A DNA stretch of 64,000 nucleotides from Octopus sinensis (Eukaryota): assembly GCF_006345805.1 (NCBI RefSeq), contig NC_043003.1, forward strand, positions 54,374,001 through 54,438,000, written 5' to 3'. This document shows positions 1 through 12,970 of this stretch, one piece after another (the first letter of the stretch is position 1; each line of letters opens with the position of its first letter). The notes under the pieces were generated by a model, which saw only the letters and a program-made list of their open reading frames with translations, ran no database searches and was not told the origin of the DNA. The position numbers and the translations under genes are program-made.

Positions 1-39
1 TATATATATATATATATATTATATATATATATATATATA

Positions 40-85
<46 letters not shown>

Positions 86-122
86 TATATATATATATAT
101 ATACATACATATAAATGTATAT
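1..122. repeat. (TA)n microsatellite
   Basis: Near-pure TA dinucleotide run. Confidence 0.95.
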
Positions 123-245
123 AGGGAGAATTCCCAAAAAAAACAAAATACGAAGACAGGTGGTGTAGTAGACAACAAACAGATGTATTAGTATAAAGCT
201 CGGGAAGTGAAAAAGTCTTTAACGTTTCGAGCTTACGCTCTTCCG
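123..245 (-). mobile_element. Penelope-like terminal-repeat fragment with partial hammerhead (stem II + GAAACGTT)
   Basis: Minus strand at 218-244 reads GAGC-GTAA-GCTC-GAAAC-GTT (4-bp stem II, GAAA, palindromic AACGTT). The CUGANGA half is lost. Confidence 0.45.
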
Positions 246-401
246 TATGTGTAGTGGATAGCGATCTATCATGCGACTGCCATAATATATAATAATACAT
301 TTTTCGTAATGAGATAAAAAAAAACCTAGGCATTACCTGACACCCTTGGGTCTCATTGACACCATTATATCTTACAAACTCATATATTAATATAATATAT
401 A

Positions 402-439
<38 letters not shown>

Positions 440-702
440 TAAATAATGAGGGAGATAAATTAATATTAATTTTAATTCCAATTTAGAACCAGAGTTTAGC
501 ATACAAAAAATCTGAGATCAGAGAAAAATTCTAATATATGTGTATATTGGCAGCGCAAGACTGCTAGGTAGTCGGCCGTATGCTAGAATAGATCATCAAC
601 GATCAAACTACAAAGAAAGTTCTCTAGAGGAAAAATTCAGCGAACCCCAGAACCAAATTTGGCGGGCAGGACCGATGAAAATTTATATAAAAAACAGAAT
701 TA

Positions 703-781
703 ATTGCATACCTACCTCGTTTCGGCCTTTAACAAAGAATTACTTACATAATTCAAATGTCCGTGGCTTCATCAGTACAAT
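703..781 (-). ncRNA. Type I hammerhead ribozyme motif (Penelope-type), core intact
   Basis: Minus strand: ATTGTA-CTGATGA-AGCC-(~40 nt)-GGCC-GAAAC-GAGGTAG-GTA-TGCAAT. Stem I is 6 bp with one G.U, the triplet is GUA, and the first pair of stem II is an A.C mismatch. Confidence 0.65.
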
Positions 782-1038
782 CGTTCAGTGTAAATGCAAT
801 CTACAAAACTAACCCATCCTTTCTGTGCCAAGACAGACACGTGCTTAGTTTTACCGATTACATTAGGGATAAAATTTCAAATGTCCAGAAAATTCCTGAA
901 GCGAAGAACTGCAGTAAATAATTCACTGCGGTTATATATATATTTATAAAGGACTCAAATACGGGTGCAAACTGTTAAATCCACCAAAAAATGTTTTTCT
1001 CTATGATTCCCCACACCCATATTCCTTCTACTATGTCT

Positions 1039-1078
1039 AATATTTGATGAGACGGATTAGATCGAAATTGGTTATATT
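1039..1078 (+). ncRNA. Degenerate type I hammerhead motif
   Basis: AATAT-TTGATGA-GACGGATTAGATC-GAAA-TTGGTT-ATATT. Stem I is 5 bp, C3 is U, and stems II and III are eroded. Confidence 0.45.
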
Positions 1079-1611
1079 TTATCAAACAATCTCTAAACTA
1101 TAATTCTGTGCTTTTCCAACTTTATTTACTTTTCTTAACTATAATATTTTATTTGTATGGACTCCAAACCACTTTTCATCTATATACATACATACATGCA
1201 TACATAAACTTAAAACTTAGATATGTTTCGACCAAAGATTAGTCCAGGCCATGCCTAACTTAATAGCATCACCTGATAGGTTTATCTCAATCCTTTTTAA
1301 GTCCAGTTCTCTGGTATATTGATCCACTAGAGTAGGGAGTTCTTGTTGAGTGAGTTGTATCCATCTATAGGTGGCTTATTCTGTGAAGAAATTTGTCCAG
1401 ATTCCTTTTAAAGATGATGGGATACTTTTCCTGTTGAGGAAAAGAAGTTGTGTTGCAGTGTATTGATGCGTTGTGACCCTGAATTGGGTACGGGACGTAT
1501 ATACGCTCATGAATATATTATAGATATAAATAGGAACTGTATATGTAGGTGCTTATTTATATATAGGTAGTTATACATTCGCATACACACATGCAGTTCA
1601 TGCGGTTCATT

Positions 1612-1962
1612 TTAAGAGCTACTGCTAAGCTCCGAATGTCCAGCTGTCACCATTTTTAGACTTGCGACAAAGACCTTTGGGGAGAGTGTATCTCCTTGTT
1701 TGACATCCTTCTTAGTTGGAATCCTTTCTGGTCGCAATAGCTGGGTTATATCTGTTGTCCATACATATCTGAACAGGTTGAAGTATTGCGCTTCGACACC
1801 TTCCATTTTCAGAGACGCTTGGCTGTGTGGAAAGTAGCTTGCTTACCAACCACATTGTCCCGGGTTCAGTCCCACTGCGTGGAAACTTGGGCAAGTGTCT
1901 TCTACCATAGCTTCGGGCCGAACAATGCCTTGTGAGTGGATTTGGTAAACGGAAGCTGTATG

Positions 1963-2031
<69 letters not shown>

Positions 2032-2650
2032 TGTGTGTGTGTGTGTATGTGTGTGTGCGTGTGTGTGCGTGTGTGTGTGTGTGCGTGTGTGTGCGTGTGT
2101 ATGTTTGTGAGTCTGTGTTTGTCCCTGCCCCCAACATCGTTTGTGAACCAATGCTGGTGTGTTTACGTTTCCGTAACCTAGCGGTTCAGCAAAAGCTGTG
2201 TTACATTGAATATGGCTTCTAGTGTACAGAAACTGCTCACTCCGGCACCTAATGATCCTCAAAGTGTTTTGAGAGTCTGCTGATTATGACCTTTGTAAAC
2301 CGTTTATAGAATAGAGACAAGAGGTATGCATGGGCAGTAGCTTTTTAAATCTTTTGTTTCATCCTTCTTACAAAGTAGGGTGTTACTTGACTCTTTCCAC
2401 AAGGAGAATATTTTACCCTCCTTTCAATAGCAATAGACGATTAGAACGAGGATGTTCCACAGCTCTTCACCTCCGCATCTTAACATCTCTCTTGTGATGA
2501 CATCTGTTCTAAGAGCTTCGTTTTCATTAGTCTGGGGGTATTTTCAATTTCACGGGTCATAATAGGTGGCACTTCTCCCAGCGTTTATGACGGTGGGGGA
2601 TCGAGCTTCAGTGAGGATTTAAAAAGGTATAGAAGCTTCTGCTATTTCCC
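1612..2650 (-). mobile_element. RTE-clade LINE reverse-transcriptase fragment, decayed and interrupted by a SINE
   Basis: Minus-strand translation across frameshifts gives EVPPIMTREIE...REMLRCGGEELW...WKESSNTLLCKK.ETKDLKSY (RT N-terminal region, 2200-2600) and IPTKKDVKQGDTLSPKVF (QGD motif, 1640-1740). Confidence 0.8.
1815..2195 (+). mobile_element. SINE family A (tRNA-derived head, internal TA/TG microsatellite), 3'-truncated
   Basis: GGCTGTGTGGAAAGTAGCTTGCTTACCAACCAC...GGGTTCAGTCCCACTGCG head; matches the copies at 33445-33890 and 57290-57684. Confidence 0.85.
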
Positions 2651-2667
2651 CCCATATATGTAAATAT

Positions 2668-2672
2668 CTATG

Positions 2673-2720
<48 letters not shown>

Positions 2721-3279
2721 TAGATAGATAGATATATATAGTTATATATATATATATATACATACATGCATACTTATATGTATGTATATTGTAAGATAGA
2801 CTTAGACAAATCAGATGTAATAACCGAAAAAGAGATGAAGAAGACGAAGACGATGATGATGATGATGATGAGGATGATGTTGATGATGATGATGATGATG
2901 ATGATGATAAAGGGCAAAGGGTGATAGTGCCACAGTACAGGAAACTTATTTCTTTGGTATATAACATTGATTTATTGGTGGTAGCAGTCGAAACAACAAC
3001 CCATTCAAAGTGCTTTGTATTTCGGTAGCGCTTCATGCAAACTGTCTTTCCTTCTCTCTCCCTCTCTCCTTTTCTCCTTTTCTGTCTTCTGCTCCCTCTT
3101 TCCACCTCATTCACATTCTCCCTTTCTCTTCCTCTTTCGTCCTCTCTCTCTCTCTCATACATATGGAGACGGGTATGCATTAAAATGGATGTATATGTAT
3201 ATATATATATACACACATTTATATATATGTACATATATACATATACATATATATGTATATATATATACACATATATATA

Positions 3280-3328
<49 letters not shown>

Positions 3329-3484
3329 GTATATTTATATATATATATACATATATATGTGCTTATATCTATATTTATATATATACACGTATATATAAAT
3401 ACATATATATACATATATATACATATATATTTATGTATATTTATATATGTGTGTGTGTGTGCGTATTTGTGTGTGTATCTGTAT

Positions 3485-3519
<35 letters not shown>

Positions 3520-4131
3520 AATAGAGTGAGATGGTAAGAATATGAAGGGAAGACATGAATGTAGTTGAAATGGAATGTTGAGTTGATGGTAGGGGAATGC
3601 GCCTCTTCTCTTTTCATTTTTAAATTAACTGTCAAAGTTTTTTTAGATGACAAGTGACACACACACACACACACACACCACACACACACACACACACACG
3701 CACACACACACACATGCATAGACTTCAACATAGACACACTAACGCACATTCCCCAACACACATATAAATTCTACACTTTCTCATATACACACACATCGAT
3801 GTTAATTACGACTGGAAAAGTCACTGAAAATAGAGTAATGCCAAAGGCAGTGCAGATACGTATATACATACATACATACATACATACATACGTACAAACC
3901 TGCATAAATACATACATACATACGTACGTACATACATAGAGGCATGCACACACACACGCACATATATGTATACACATATACAAATATGTATACATAATCA
4001 TATACATACATACATACACACACACACACATATATTTATACACATTTATATATGTACATGTATGTCCATATATATATAAATGGATATATATATATATATA
4101 TCGATATATATATATATATATACATATATAT

Positions 4132-4166
<35 letters not shown>

Positions 4167-4192
4167 TACATACATATAAATACACACGCACT

Positions 4193-4247
<55 letters not shown>

Positions 4248-4260
4248 TTATATACAGAGG
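2668..4260. repeat. Compound microsatellite block (TA, GAT, GA, CA, TACA)
   Basis: Successive simple-repeat runs with short unique spacers. Confidence 0.9.
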
Positions 4261-5234
4261 CATGCATATGTGTATATGCGTAAGTTTACAGCTGTGTGGT
4301 AAAGACAGCTTGCGACTGCGTATGACGGACTGAATATATACATATACATGCATAGATGTAATCTTATATACAAATATACGTATGTGTGAATATCTTTTTG
4401 TGTTTTAGTATATATATGAATGTAAATTCGCTGTGATGGTTAACTTTGTCCCAGGGGTATATCGGGGTAATTTAGTGTAAAATTTAATATTTATTCCCCA
4501 AAGTACGTAATGATCGTTAGGACAGACAAGGTTGAAAAGAAATAAAAAAAAAGAAAAAGCAGGAAATAACAGGAAAAGGTGTTAAAATAAAACGTAAAGC
4601 GTATGACTATAAAAAAATGTATTAGAAGAAAAATATACTGAAAGAAAAGAAAGGAAATATGTAGAGTGACCAAACGAGTGAGAAGCAGACGAACAGATAG
4701 GCAGAATATATAAGGGATAGAGAAACGAAGGAAAATTATTTAGAAACGATTACATAGGAAGAATACATTTACGGATCATAAATATATAAAGAATAAAAAT
4801 AACGAAGGATAAAATGGCGCATACAAGCACTAATCAAATTACATACGTTCATATATATGATCAAACATACATACATACATACATACATATGTCGGCTTCG
4901 ACATATGAATGTCTAACAGCCGATATTATGGCCGTGAAATTGCTCGCACAGATTGCTTTCAGAGGTGAAAGTTTCTTTAGGATCAGCTTCGCTTTCTGGA
5001 AATGCTGATAGCAGAAAGTTGGCGCGAATGTTTTCCACAAACTCAATGAAGAAAATAACTCAGGTATTTCTATTAGAGTTCTACACCCGATGATCACTTA
5101 GCTAGCTGAAACTTCGAATTCACTGACGGTATTCTTGTTGTTAAAGAATACGTTTGTTCTCTACAAAATTATGGAATAAGATTTCAGGTTAATGTAAAAT
5201 TGTTTTTATTATAACGAAACATAAGAACAAGTGT

Positions 5235-5284
<50 letters not shown>

Positions 5285-5532
5285 GTTGCTATTATGAAAA
5301 AGTGTCGTAAATCCAAAACGTTGGTTTTTAAGAAAACGAATAAAAATCGTTTCACCATTTCATAGCAAAATCGTTGTCCTACACTTAAACAATGTATATC
5401 TTGGCATCTGAAGCAGGTGGAGATACAAGAGTTTGACCAAAAAGAACCGGCTATTGGAAGTAAAAATATATATTGAAAAAAAAACACATTTGGCCAAATT
5501 TAGACATAGAACAGTTTAACATCATAGCAACG

Positions 5533-5566
<34 letters not shown>

Positions 5567-5798
5567 GAGTGTATTTTACCTTGTTAACAATTAACACGGA
5601 TAAATAAATAAATAGTTACCAGGGCAATCCATCATTTTTTGCTAAAATGTCGTATTGACGAGTTTCGTTTTTTCACTTTCCCGAAGAGAATATTGCATTG
5701 TTTATACCTTTTATTCTTTTGAATAGTATCAGTGGAATTTTCGAAACATATGTAGAAAGTAAAAATACTTGTTTAAACCTGCGTTAACTCCATTTTTA

Positions 5799-5842
<44 letters not shown>

Positions 5843-5844
<2 letters not shown>

Positions 5845-6012
5845 GCTGGAGCACCGCCTTTAGTCGAACAAATCGACCCCAGGACTTATTCTTTGCAAGC
5901 CTAATAATTATTCTATCGCTCTCTTATCCCGAACCGCTAAGTTACGGAGATATAAACACACCAACATCAGTTGTCGAGCGATGGAGTTGGGGGCGGAACA
6001 AACATAGGCACA
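5843..6012 (-). mobile_element. SINE family A, 3' half
   Basis: GCTGGAGCACCGCCTTTAGTCGAACAAATCGACCCCAGGACTTATTCTTTG is the reverse complement of the family A tail at 43665-43725. Confidence 0.8.
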
Positions 6013-7360
6013 GTAATTATTTGAAACTTGGGTATACCGGGTAATATGCCGTTTAAAGCTTGTTCGCTGTCTTCGGCTACCTGATGAAATCAGCAGTAAG
6101 AAAATAAGTGCCACTGGTTTTACTTCAGGAATTCCTTTGAGTCCGTCGAGTATATAAAGAGTGAAGGAAAGTAAAAACGGAATTCACGAGATTTTTATTA
6201 ATCACAACGGTTGTTTCGATCCGTCTTGCACAGATCCCTCACGGATGAGATTTTGTACTGCTGGTTTCGGTGCATCATTCGGTGCAGACGTGTTTCGTCA
6301 GGTGACTTTTCAAAAGATACATCGCTCAATAAACTCGGTTTCGGTCAGTTCGATTATATAACACATTCTATTATCTGCCTACAACTGGTTGCATACAGTG
6401 GATATTGTGGTTAGAACCACAAGCTCATTAAAAAAACCATCGATATCAAGCGAATTTCTCTGTACAGCCACTCACAACGTTCCGTGCATCAGTTGCTATT
6501 ATAAGCTTTTTGCGGCGCCGTGCGTGTTCCTTTGAGGGCTACGGTAAGCTATTGAAGAAGTCCATAACTATCAGTAGGTGATTGCTTTCTCCCAAGAGTA
6601 CAGCAAAATGCTGTTGGAACACCCCACACATCCCCTGAGAATCGAATAGTAAAATCTTTGGATTAGTTTCCACGTTGCAGTTTCGTCACCACCCATGTTG
6701 ATTGAATGAATTTTCCTCGCATTTAACTCTGACCACGCATCCATTGTGCTTCAGACCTGAAAAATAGTTTCAAGTAATTCTTTCCTCTAGTGTTTGTGTT
6801 TCGATTCTTTTGCTAATCACCTCTTCAAGCTAACTGTTCCCTCGTTTGTCTATTTCTCTCTATCACTAGCTTTTACTGATACTCATATTTAATTGCACTT
6901 TTAGATGTGCCCCACAATTTGTTATTGACGACTGCCCCCGTCAACTGTTGCTTAACTGTCCTCGTTAGTCTGGCCCCTGTCATCGCTGTGTTGTGAAAAA
7001 AAGGTTCAAATTCCAATAAGCGTGTCGTTGTGTATGAGTCTTATCTAAATCGACTGAGCAAATAATCACAAATATGTAGTCTGTGTATCCGACCAGTGTA
7101 AAAAGCAAGCAGACTACGCTACCTATATCTGCCAACCTAACGGACGCTTTATATAAGTATTATGTAGATGACTCATTGTGACCCATGGCAACATTTGTAC
7201 ATTTATGAAATCCAATCAGTATCGAAATTCAGAGAGCTGAAATTGTTTGATTTGGTTCTCCATCCGCTTTTCGATCGACTTCTACAATTTCTTTGTGCAC
7301 AATTTCTTCGGTAGTAAGGAACGAGGTGGTCTCAGAAAGGACTCTAGACGTCTGAAGTAA

Positions 7361-7366
7361 GAAGAA

Positions 7367-7401
<35 letters not shown>

Positions 7402-7516
7402 AGAAGAAGAAGAAGAAGAAGAAGAAGAAGAAGAAGAAGAAGAAGAAGAAGAAGAAGAAGAAGAAGAAGAAGAAGAAGAAGAAGAAGAAGAAGAAGAAGA
7501 AGAAGAAGAAGAAGAA
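7361..7516. repeat. (GAA)n microsatellite, ~50 units
   Basis: Almost perfect GAA array with one GAG interruption. Confidence 0.95.
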
Positions 7517-8260
7517 AAGCGGAGGTTAATGAGGAGGATGGTGAAGTGGACGAACGAGATAAGGGAGATGAGGGCGTTGGAAGCGAGTAGGAGGACTAAA
7601 ATCACGAAGAAAATGAATTTATTTGCTAAAACGACAATGAAGAACATTACAAATATAATAATCACAGAAAGATAACGAAATAATAATTCTGAAAAATATA
7701 TCAATAACAAGACTTTTAAAAATGTTCAAACAATAAAAGTAATAATAATAATTATAATGGTATTTGTATATGTGACTCATTTTGATTATGAATATAACGA
7801 GTTATGACAGGTAGGGGTAGGTAGACGGGTGGTCTAGACGGCCATGGTAAAGGTTGTTGATGGAAAGGAAGTAATTGAAATTTGAAACAAAAAGCGCCCA
7901 CAACCACACACAGACATGCACACACACACAATTGTACACAGTTACGTGCATACACGTACACATACGCATACACACACACAAAAACACATACACACACACG
8001 CATGTATAAGAAAATAGAAAAGAACGTTTCAGAAATGTATGTTTACATATATGTAAATACAACCGTGGTGGGGCGTTTGTGTGTATGTAGAGACAAATAT
8101 ACACACAGAGACATATATATGTACACACGCATACACACATGCCAAAGCTGATATATATATATATATACACACACATATATATGAGCTTTGATATGTGTGT
8201 GTGTGTGTACATATATATGTCTCTGTGTGTATATACGTCTATACATACACACACACACAC

Positions 8261-8303
<43 letters not shown>

Positions 8304-8989
8304 GTGTTTGTGTGTGTGCGTGTGTTTGTGTGTGTATATTGTATATGTAATACGTATATGTGAATGTTACTGTGTTTATAGGGATCATTGAATCCTACCA
8401 CTTCGAAGAGAATGTTTTGTCTATCTGATACCGAACTAATGACAGACTGACAATCTGAGTTGGCTACAGTTCCACATTAAAACAGTAATACAATTCAACC
8501 AGGAGACGACTATGCTGCGACCGTTACCCACTTAAAGTTCGCCACTCAGTATATAACACCCTGATTTGGAAATGTTGCCAAAGCATTTGGTGTGGGTACG
8601 AGGTCGAAGACTGAAGTAACAATTTCTCAGGCAATTACCATTGCCGTTCCAGCACTATTGGAAAGATACAGTCTTAGTTCGCCAGTTCGGCTATATCGGT
8701 TTTATCATCTCTACTGATGCCAAGATTGTCAAGGGGTTAGACAAGTTCTGGGACACTAAACCAAGGGAAATTGAACGATCATCAGATGCGTACAGGTTAA
8801 CGTTTTAATAATAAAGTACCCACGTTAGATGATGGAGATTTAAATTTATAAAAAAAGATGAGATGATCACATATGAAACACGTATGAAGATAAATTAATC
8901 TGCGCTTGAATAAAACGACCACAAAAATAGCACTTAAAAAAGTCAACGTGCGATTTAAAGTAAACATAGATAATGACAATGGAATCATT

Positions 8990-10159
8990 ATATTATCCTA
9001 TATTTTGGGGGTGAGGAATTATGTAAATTATTTAAAATGGACGTTTAGGTGTCCAAGACAAATCACGCACTAATATACCAGTAGAAAACTTGATGGAGAT
9101 GTTGACTTTCTGCATAGAAACTACCTACTTCGGAGTAGATACCGCAAGCCAACCTTCACTGGAGATTACCTCAACTTCAATTTCCACCATCCAAACAATA
9201 TAAAGAGAAGGATTGCTCAATGTCTAAAACATCGAGCAAAGACTATAAGTAGCGATCCTGATACACACCAGGAAGAAATGATCAGGCTATGAGACAATCT
9301 GTTATGCAACAACTACCCAAAGAACATACTATCCACTCCAATTAGGAAGAGTAGAGAGGAAGAAACCCATAAACTGAGCACAATCTGTCTACTTTATGTC
9401 AAAGTCCTCTCGGAAAAGATACAAAAGATATACGGTCCATATGACGTCAGGACAGTATTCTGATGTAATACAACACTTCGCAAATATCTTCGAGTAAAAC
9501 CCACCCCTAGAAGAGAATCTGACCAAAAATTGCGTGTACTCTGTCCCTTGCAGTTGTGGTAGGCTATACAAAAGGCAAAACAGGCCGTCCCCTTAAAGTA
9601 AGAGTAGTGGAACATCGTAAAACTGTGACGCGAAGGCATGTTGAAAAATCGGTTATAGCGATCATGTAAGGGAAAACGAAAACTACCTCCTGCTGTTGGA
9701 TGAAGCTAAAATTATCGACAGAGGACACCTCTGGAAAATACGAAAATGAAAAGAGGCTGCTCATATGCTAGGACACAATAACCTCCTAAGAAGTCCTAAT
9801 GCAGATATAAATGTAATACGGTGACCAGTATTAAGAAAAGATAAAATACAAGGTTTATAAGCCCTAAAATTCACTCTATAATTTCCCATGGGCATGTAGC
9901 GTGGTGGATAAGAGCGCGAGCTACTAACACTAGGAGTATAAGTTCAATCCTAACATTATTGTTAATGTTAATGTTGACAGAAAAATAACATCAGCAACAT
10001 ACCTTAGGAATGGGAACAGTGTACCCCTTAAGTCAAATAAAGGGTTGGGTTCAAAATTTCACCAGACCACATGATGAAGGCTGGAGAGTACATCAGCCGA
10101 AACGTTGTGATAACAACAAGCAAGATGAGGACACTTACCCATCCATTTTAAATAATGTA
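8990..10159 (+). mobile_element. Penelope-like retroelement, 5'-truncated (RT thumb + GIY-YIG endonuclease + terminal repeat), with 12-bp TSD
   Basis: From 9140: YRKPTFTGDYLNFNFHHPNNIKRRIAQCL...NNYPK, then NCVYSVPCSCGRLY..GRPLKVRVVEH (GIY-YIG type) with stops and frameshifts. AATGGAATCATT direct repeats lie at 8978-8989 and 10160-10171. An inverted copy of the 3' terminus lies at 8990-9045. Confidence 0.9.
10068..10109 (+). ncRNA. Hammerhead ribozyme motif in the PLE terminal repeat (C3 mutated to A)
   Basis: CAC-ATGATGA-A-GGCTG-gagagtacat-CAGCC-GAAAC-GTT-GTG; 5-bp stem II and palindromic AACGTT stem III. Confidence 0.7.
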
Positions 10160-10307
10160 AATGGAATCATTGTGTGAAACGTATACAAACTCATTATTTT
10201 GTATACGTTTCTATGCTACAGATACAAAAGAAATATATATGAGACATGATCTTATACGAACTTATCCAAATTCATGAACTTTATTGTACAATCTACTAAA
10301 ATACACA

Positions 10308-10557
10308 TGAACCAGTTTTCCCTCAGACCTGTTTGTTTACGTGAAACAATTTTCCGCCAGTCCTGTTTATTTATGTTCAAATCACGTTCAGGCATAACCT
10401 GAACTAGTTTTCCCTCAGACCTGTTTATTTACGTGAACCAATTTTACGTCAGACTTGTTTATTTGTGTTCAAATCACGTTCAGGCATAACCTGAACTAGT
10501 TTTTCCTCAGACCTGTTTATTTACGTGTATTTCAGTTCATAACATGTTCAGGCATAG
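10308..10557. repeat. Minisatellite, 92-bp unit x ~2.7
   Basis: TGAAC(C/T)AGTTTT..CTCAGACCTGTTT..TTACGTG recurs at 10308, 10400 and 10492. Confidence 0.9.
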
Positions 10558-11289
10558 ATTCATTTTCTAGATATATGGCAGTACATAGACGACAAACAAC
10601 TGATGTCGTATTATAAGAACGCTTACTGCGTAAAGGGAAATAGTTAATGAACTCAACAAACCAAAAAAAAATTACGTTTGAAGTTAATTTAATATACTGC
10701 TAAGGATTTTGTTATCATGTTAAAAAACTAATTACAGGTAAATACTATCTAGATAGAAATCCACATATATCTGCAACCATATAATATGTATTCAGAAATT
10801 GCATCACAAGAACATTCACTCAAAAAAGAGACAAAAGGTATTTCAATTAATGATGCACTAGGAAAATTGGATTATATGCAACAGAAAAGTAACACCATGA
10901 AGAAAATCGAAAACTGTTGGTTCAAACATCTTCAGCTTTGAATGTCGGCAAACATTTTCTAGTGTGCGTTAGAAGACATAACATGTATTGCAGGCTGTGT
11001 AATAACAATTAGCTAGAGACGCACAGCAAACAGCATTGTTTTTACGTATATTATAGACACTCACACTATGTGTGTGATGTGTTAACTCAATGTAATACAA
11101 CTCAGCACATGCCTAGGAACAAATCAATATCCGCAAACTTAATGCGTACAGTAGCAATAAAGTGTTCTGTGCATTTAGTACGTCTACAATTACTAATGTA
11201 CATAACCAAAGAACAAGAGACATTATACAGAATTCGAAGATGTCAAGATGTCACTAAGGAGGTGCAACCTGGACTTTGATGAAGCTACA

Positions 11290-11420
11290 CTAGCGGTTTA
11301 ATAGTATGTATAACAGACTTATGAAGGGTCAAAACATATCATGTTGTGAACGGAAGACCAATGAGAACATTTATGGACACATTCTACCCATTTCTACTAT
11401 TGTTGCACAAAATTTGGTAG
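11290..11420 (+). mobile_element. Decayed RTE-like LINE C-terminal remnant
   Basis: YNRLMKGQNISCCERKTNENIYGHILPIS resembles the RTE post-RT motif (R...I.W....TNEE.YG). Confidence 0.4.
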
Positions 11421-12970
11421 GTATTGAGCAACCAGAGTATATATGGTGCTTACCGAAAAATATATTTAAGAAAACACACCAAATCATAGCCATTCTACTT
11501 AAATCACAATACATATCTGGGCTGTTATTACCAAGTCTGATACATGCCTCCAATTATTGCTGCAAAATACAAATAACTCACAGGACTTTCAAAGGTAACC
11601 AATAACTCCCACTTCGAAAAAGATTAACCATCACTTAACAAAAAATCCGTTCCAATAAAAACAAGATACGATCGTTTGTTTTCGAATGCAAAAGTTTACG
11701 GCTAAAAGTATCGATGAATAATCCATTTCAATCAATTCCTTCTTTGGTCTGCTTCAACAAGTTCTATGATTAATCTCTTAACGCAGAAAGTCTTTTCGTT
11801 TAAATTTCTAACCCTATAGACCGTGATCATGGTGTGAGATTAAAGGTGTATCTTTACAACAGATGATCTTTATGTAATAGGCAACTTTTAGAGGAAACTC
11901 AGTATTAGAATGATCTCATTCGAATTCGGTCACATCCAAGACGTCCTAGATACATTTACATTTTAATAAAGACATAATTTTCAACTTTCTGTTGACTGGT
12001 AAAATTAAACATACTCAACAAATATAATAACAATTCTGTAAGTAAAAGAATTCCAGCTGGTGAAAGATTCAAACGCAATTTGAACATTCATCACAAGGCC
12101 ACTGTACTTCTATAATATTTTAAATAAAAGGAATATAAGATAAAACATCTGCCGTTTAATGATATTAGTTCACTCCGCAACTGATTGTTCCATTATCAGT
12201 ATTCATTTATGAAATCTATTTTCTACGTAATACCGTATCGTTATTGATAACACCATATTTTAGACCTTATGTATGTGAGTATGTGGGTGCATACACACAC
12301 GCACACTCACACTGAGAGAGGGGGAGAGAGAAATAGATGAGTACGTAAAATATTGGAAGATATCCTCTCATGTAACTGTCTTTCTATAATCATTTGCTAC
12401 TATCATTATGCGATCCATTTAAACTTTTTGAAAAATAAAAGATTTCGGTCTACTCAGTGCACAAATTAACTGATAAGCATAACATTTCAAAACGATCTTA
12501 AGAATACGATCAACTTTTTATTTTCCAGATACTTTATATTGTGTAACATTTGAAAATATAAGCAACAATGGAAAATATATATAACAATAGAAAGAAGCTA
12601 GTCGTAGGTTGAAGTAACTAAGAATACAAATAGACTAGTGAAAGACAGAGGCACTTTCGTATCTCACACATGTTCTTTACCATGCAACAGACGATGTCAG
12701 TCATTTTTCTTTTATTTTACTTTTACTATTTTTGTTTTTATGTCTCCGTCTCATTTAAGTTTCAGATATATCTTTTATTATGAAGTAGCACACATATATA
12801 TTACATGCATGGCAGTGTCTTCGAAGTTTCGTACTGCACGCCTTCTTCAGACTGTGGTACATTTGAGTTCCACTTGGCTTTATAAACACGCTGGTATATA
12901 TTCTTTTCTGCGGTAGGTGGAGCCATGTTGAATGCTAAATAATATGATAATATGTACAGTGTTTTTTAAC

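Noticed and set aside
2668-4333. Long ORFs rich in YI/CV/HT dipeptides (also 35061-36504, 52503-52971, 59723-60124)
   Set aside because: These are translations of TA/CA/TATG microsatellites, which lack stop codons; they are not genes.
6081-6110. CTGATGA...GAAA (similar chance hits near 44544 and 57748)
   Set aside because: No stem II or stem III pairing, or no correctly placed GAAA/UH; treated as chance matches.
6030-7320. Higher-complexity block that might be a decayed LINE
   Set aside because: No motif could be read with confidence; it needs a TBLASTX search.
7282-7710. Poly-Ser ORF
   Set aside because: It is the reverse strand of the (GAA)n array.
10308-10557. CRISPR-like periodicity
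   Set aside because: Whole units are repeated with no unique spacers, there are no cas genes, and the context is eukaryotic.
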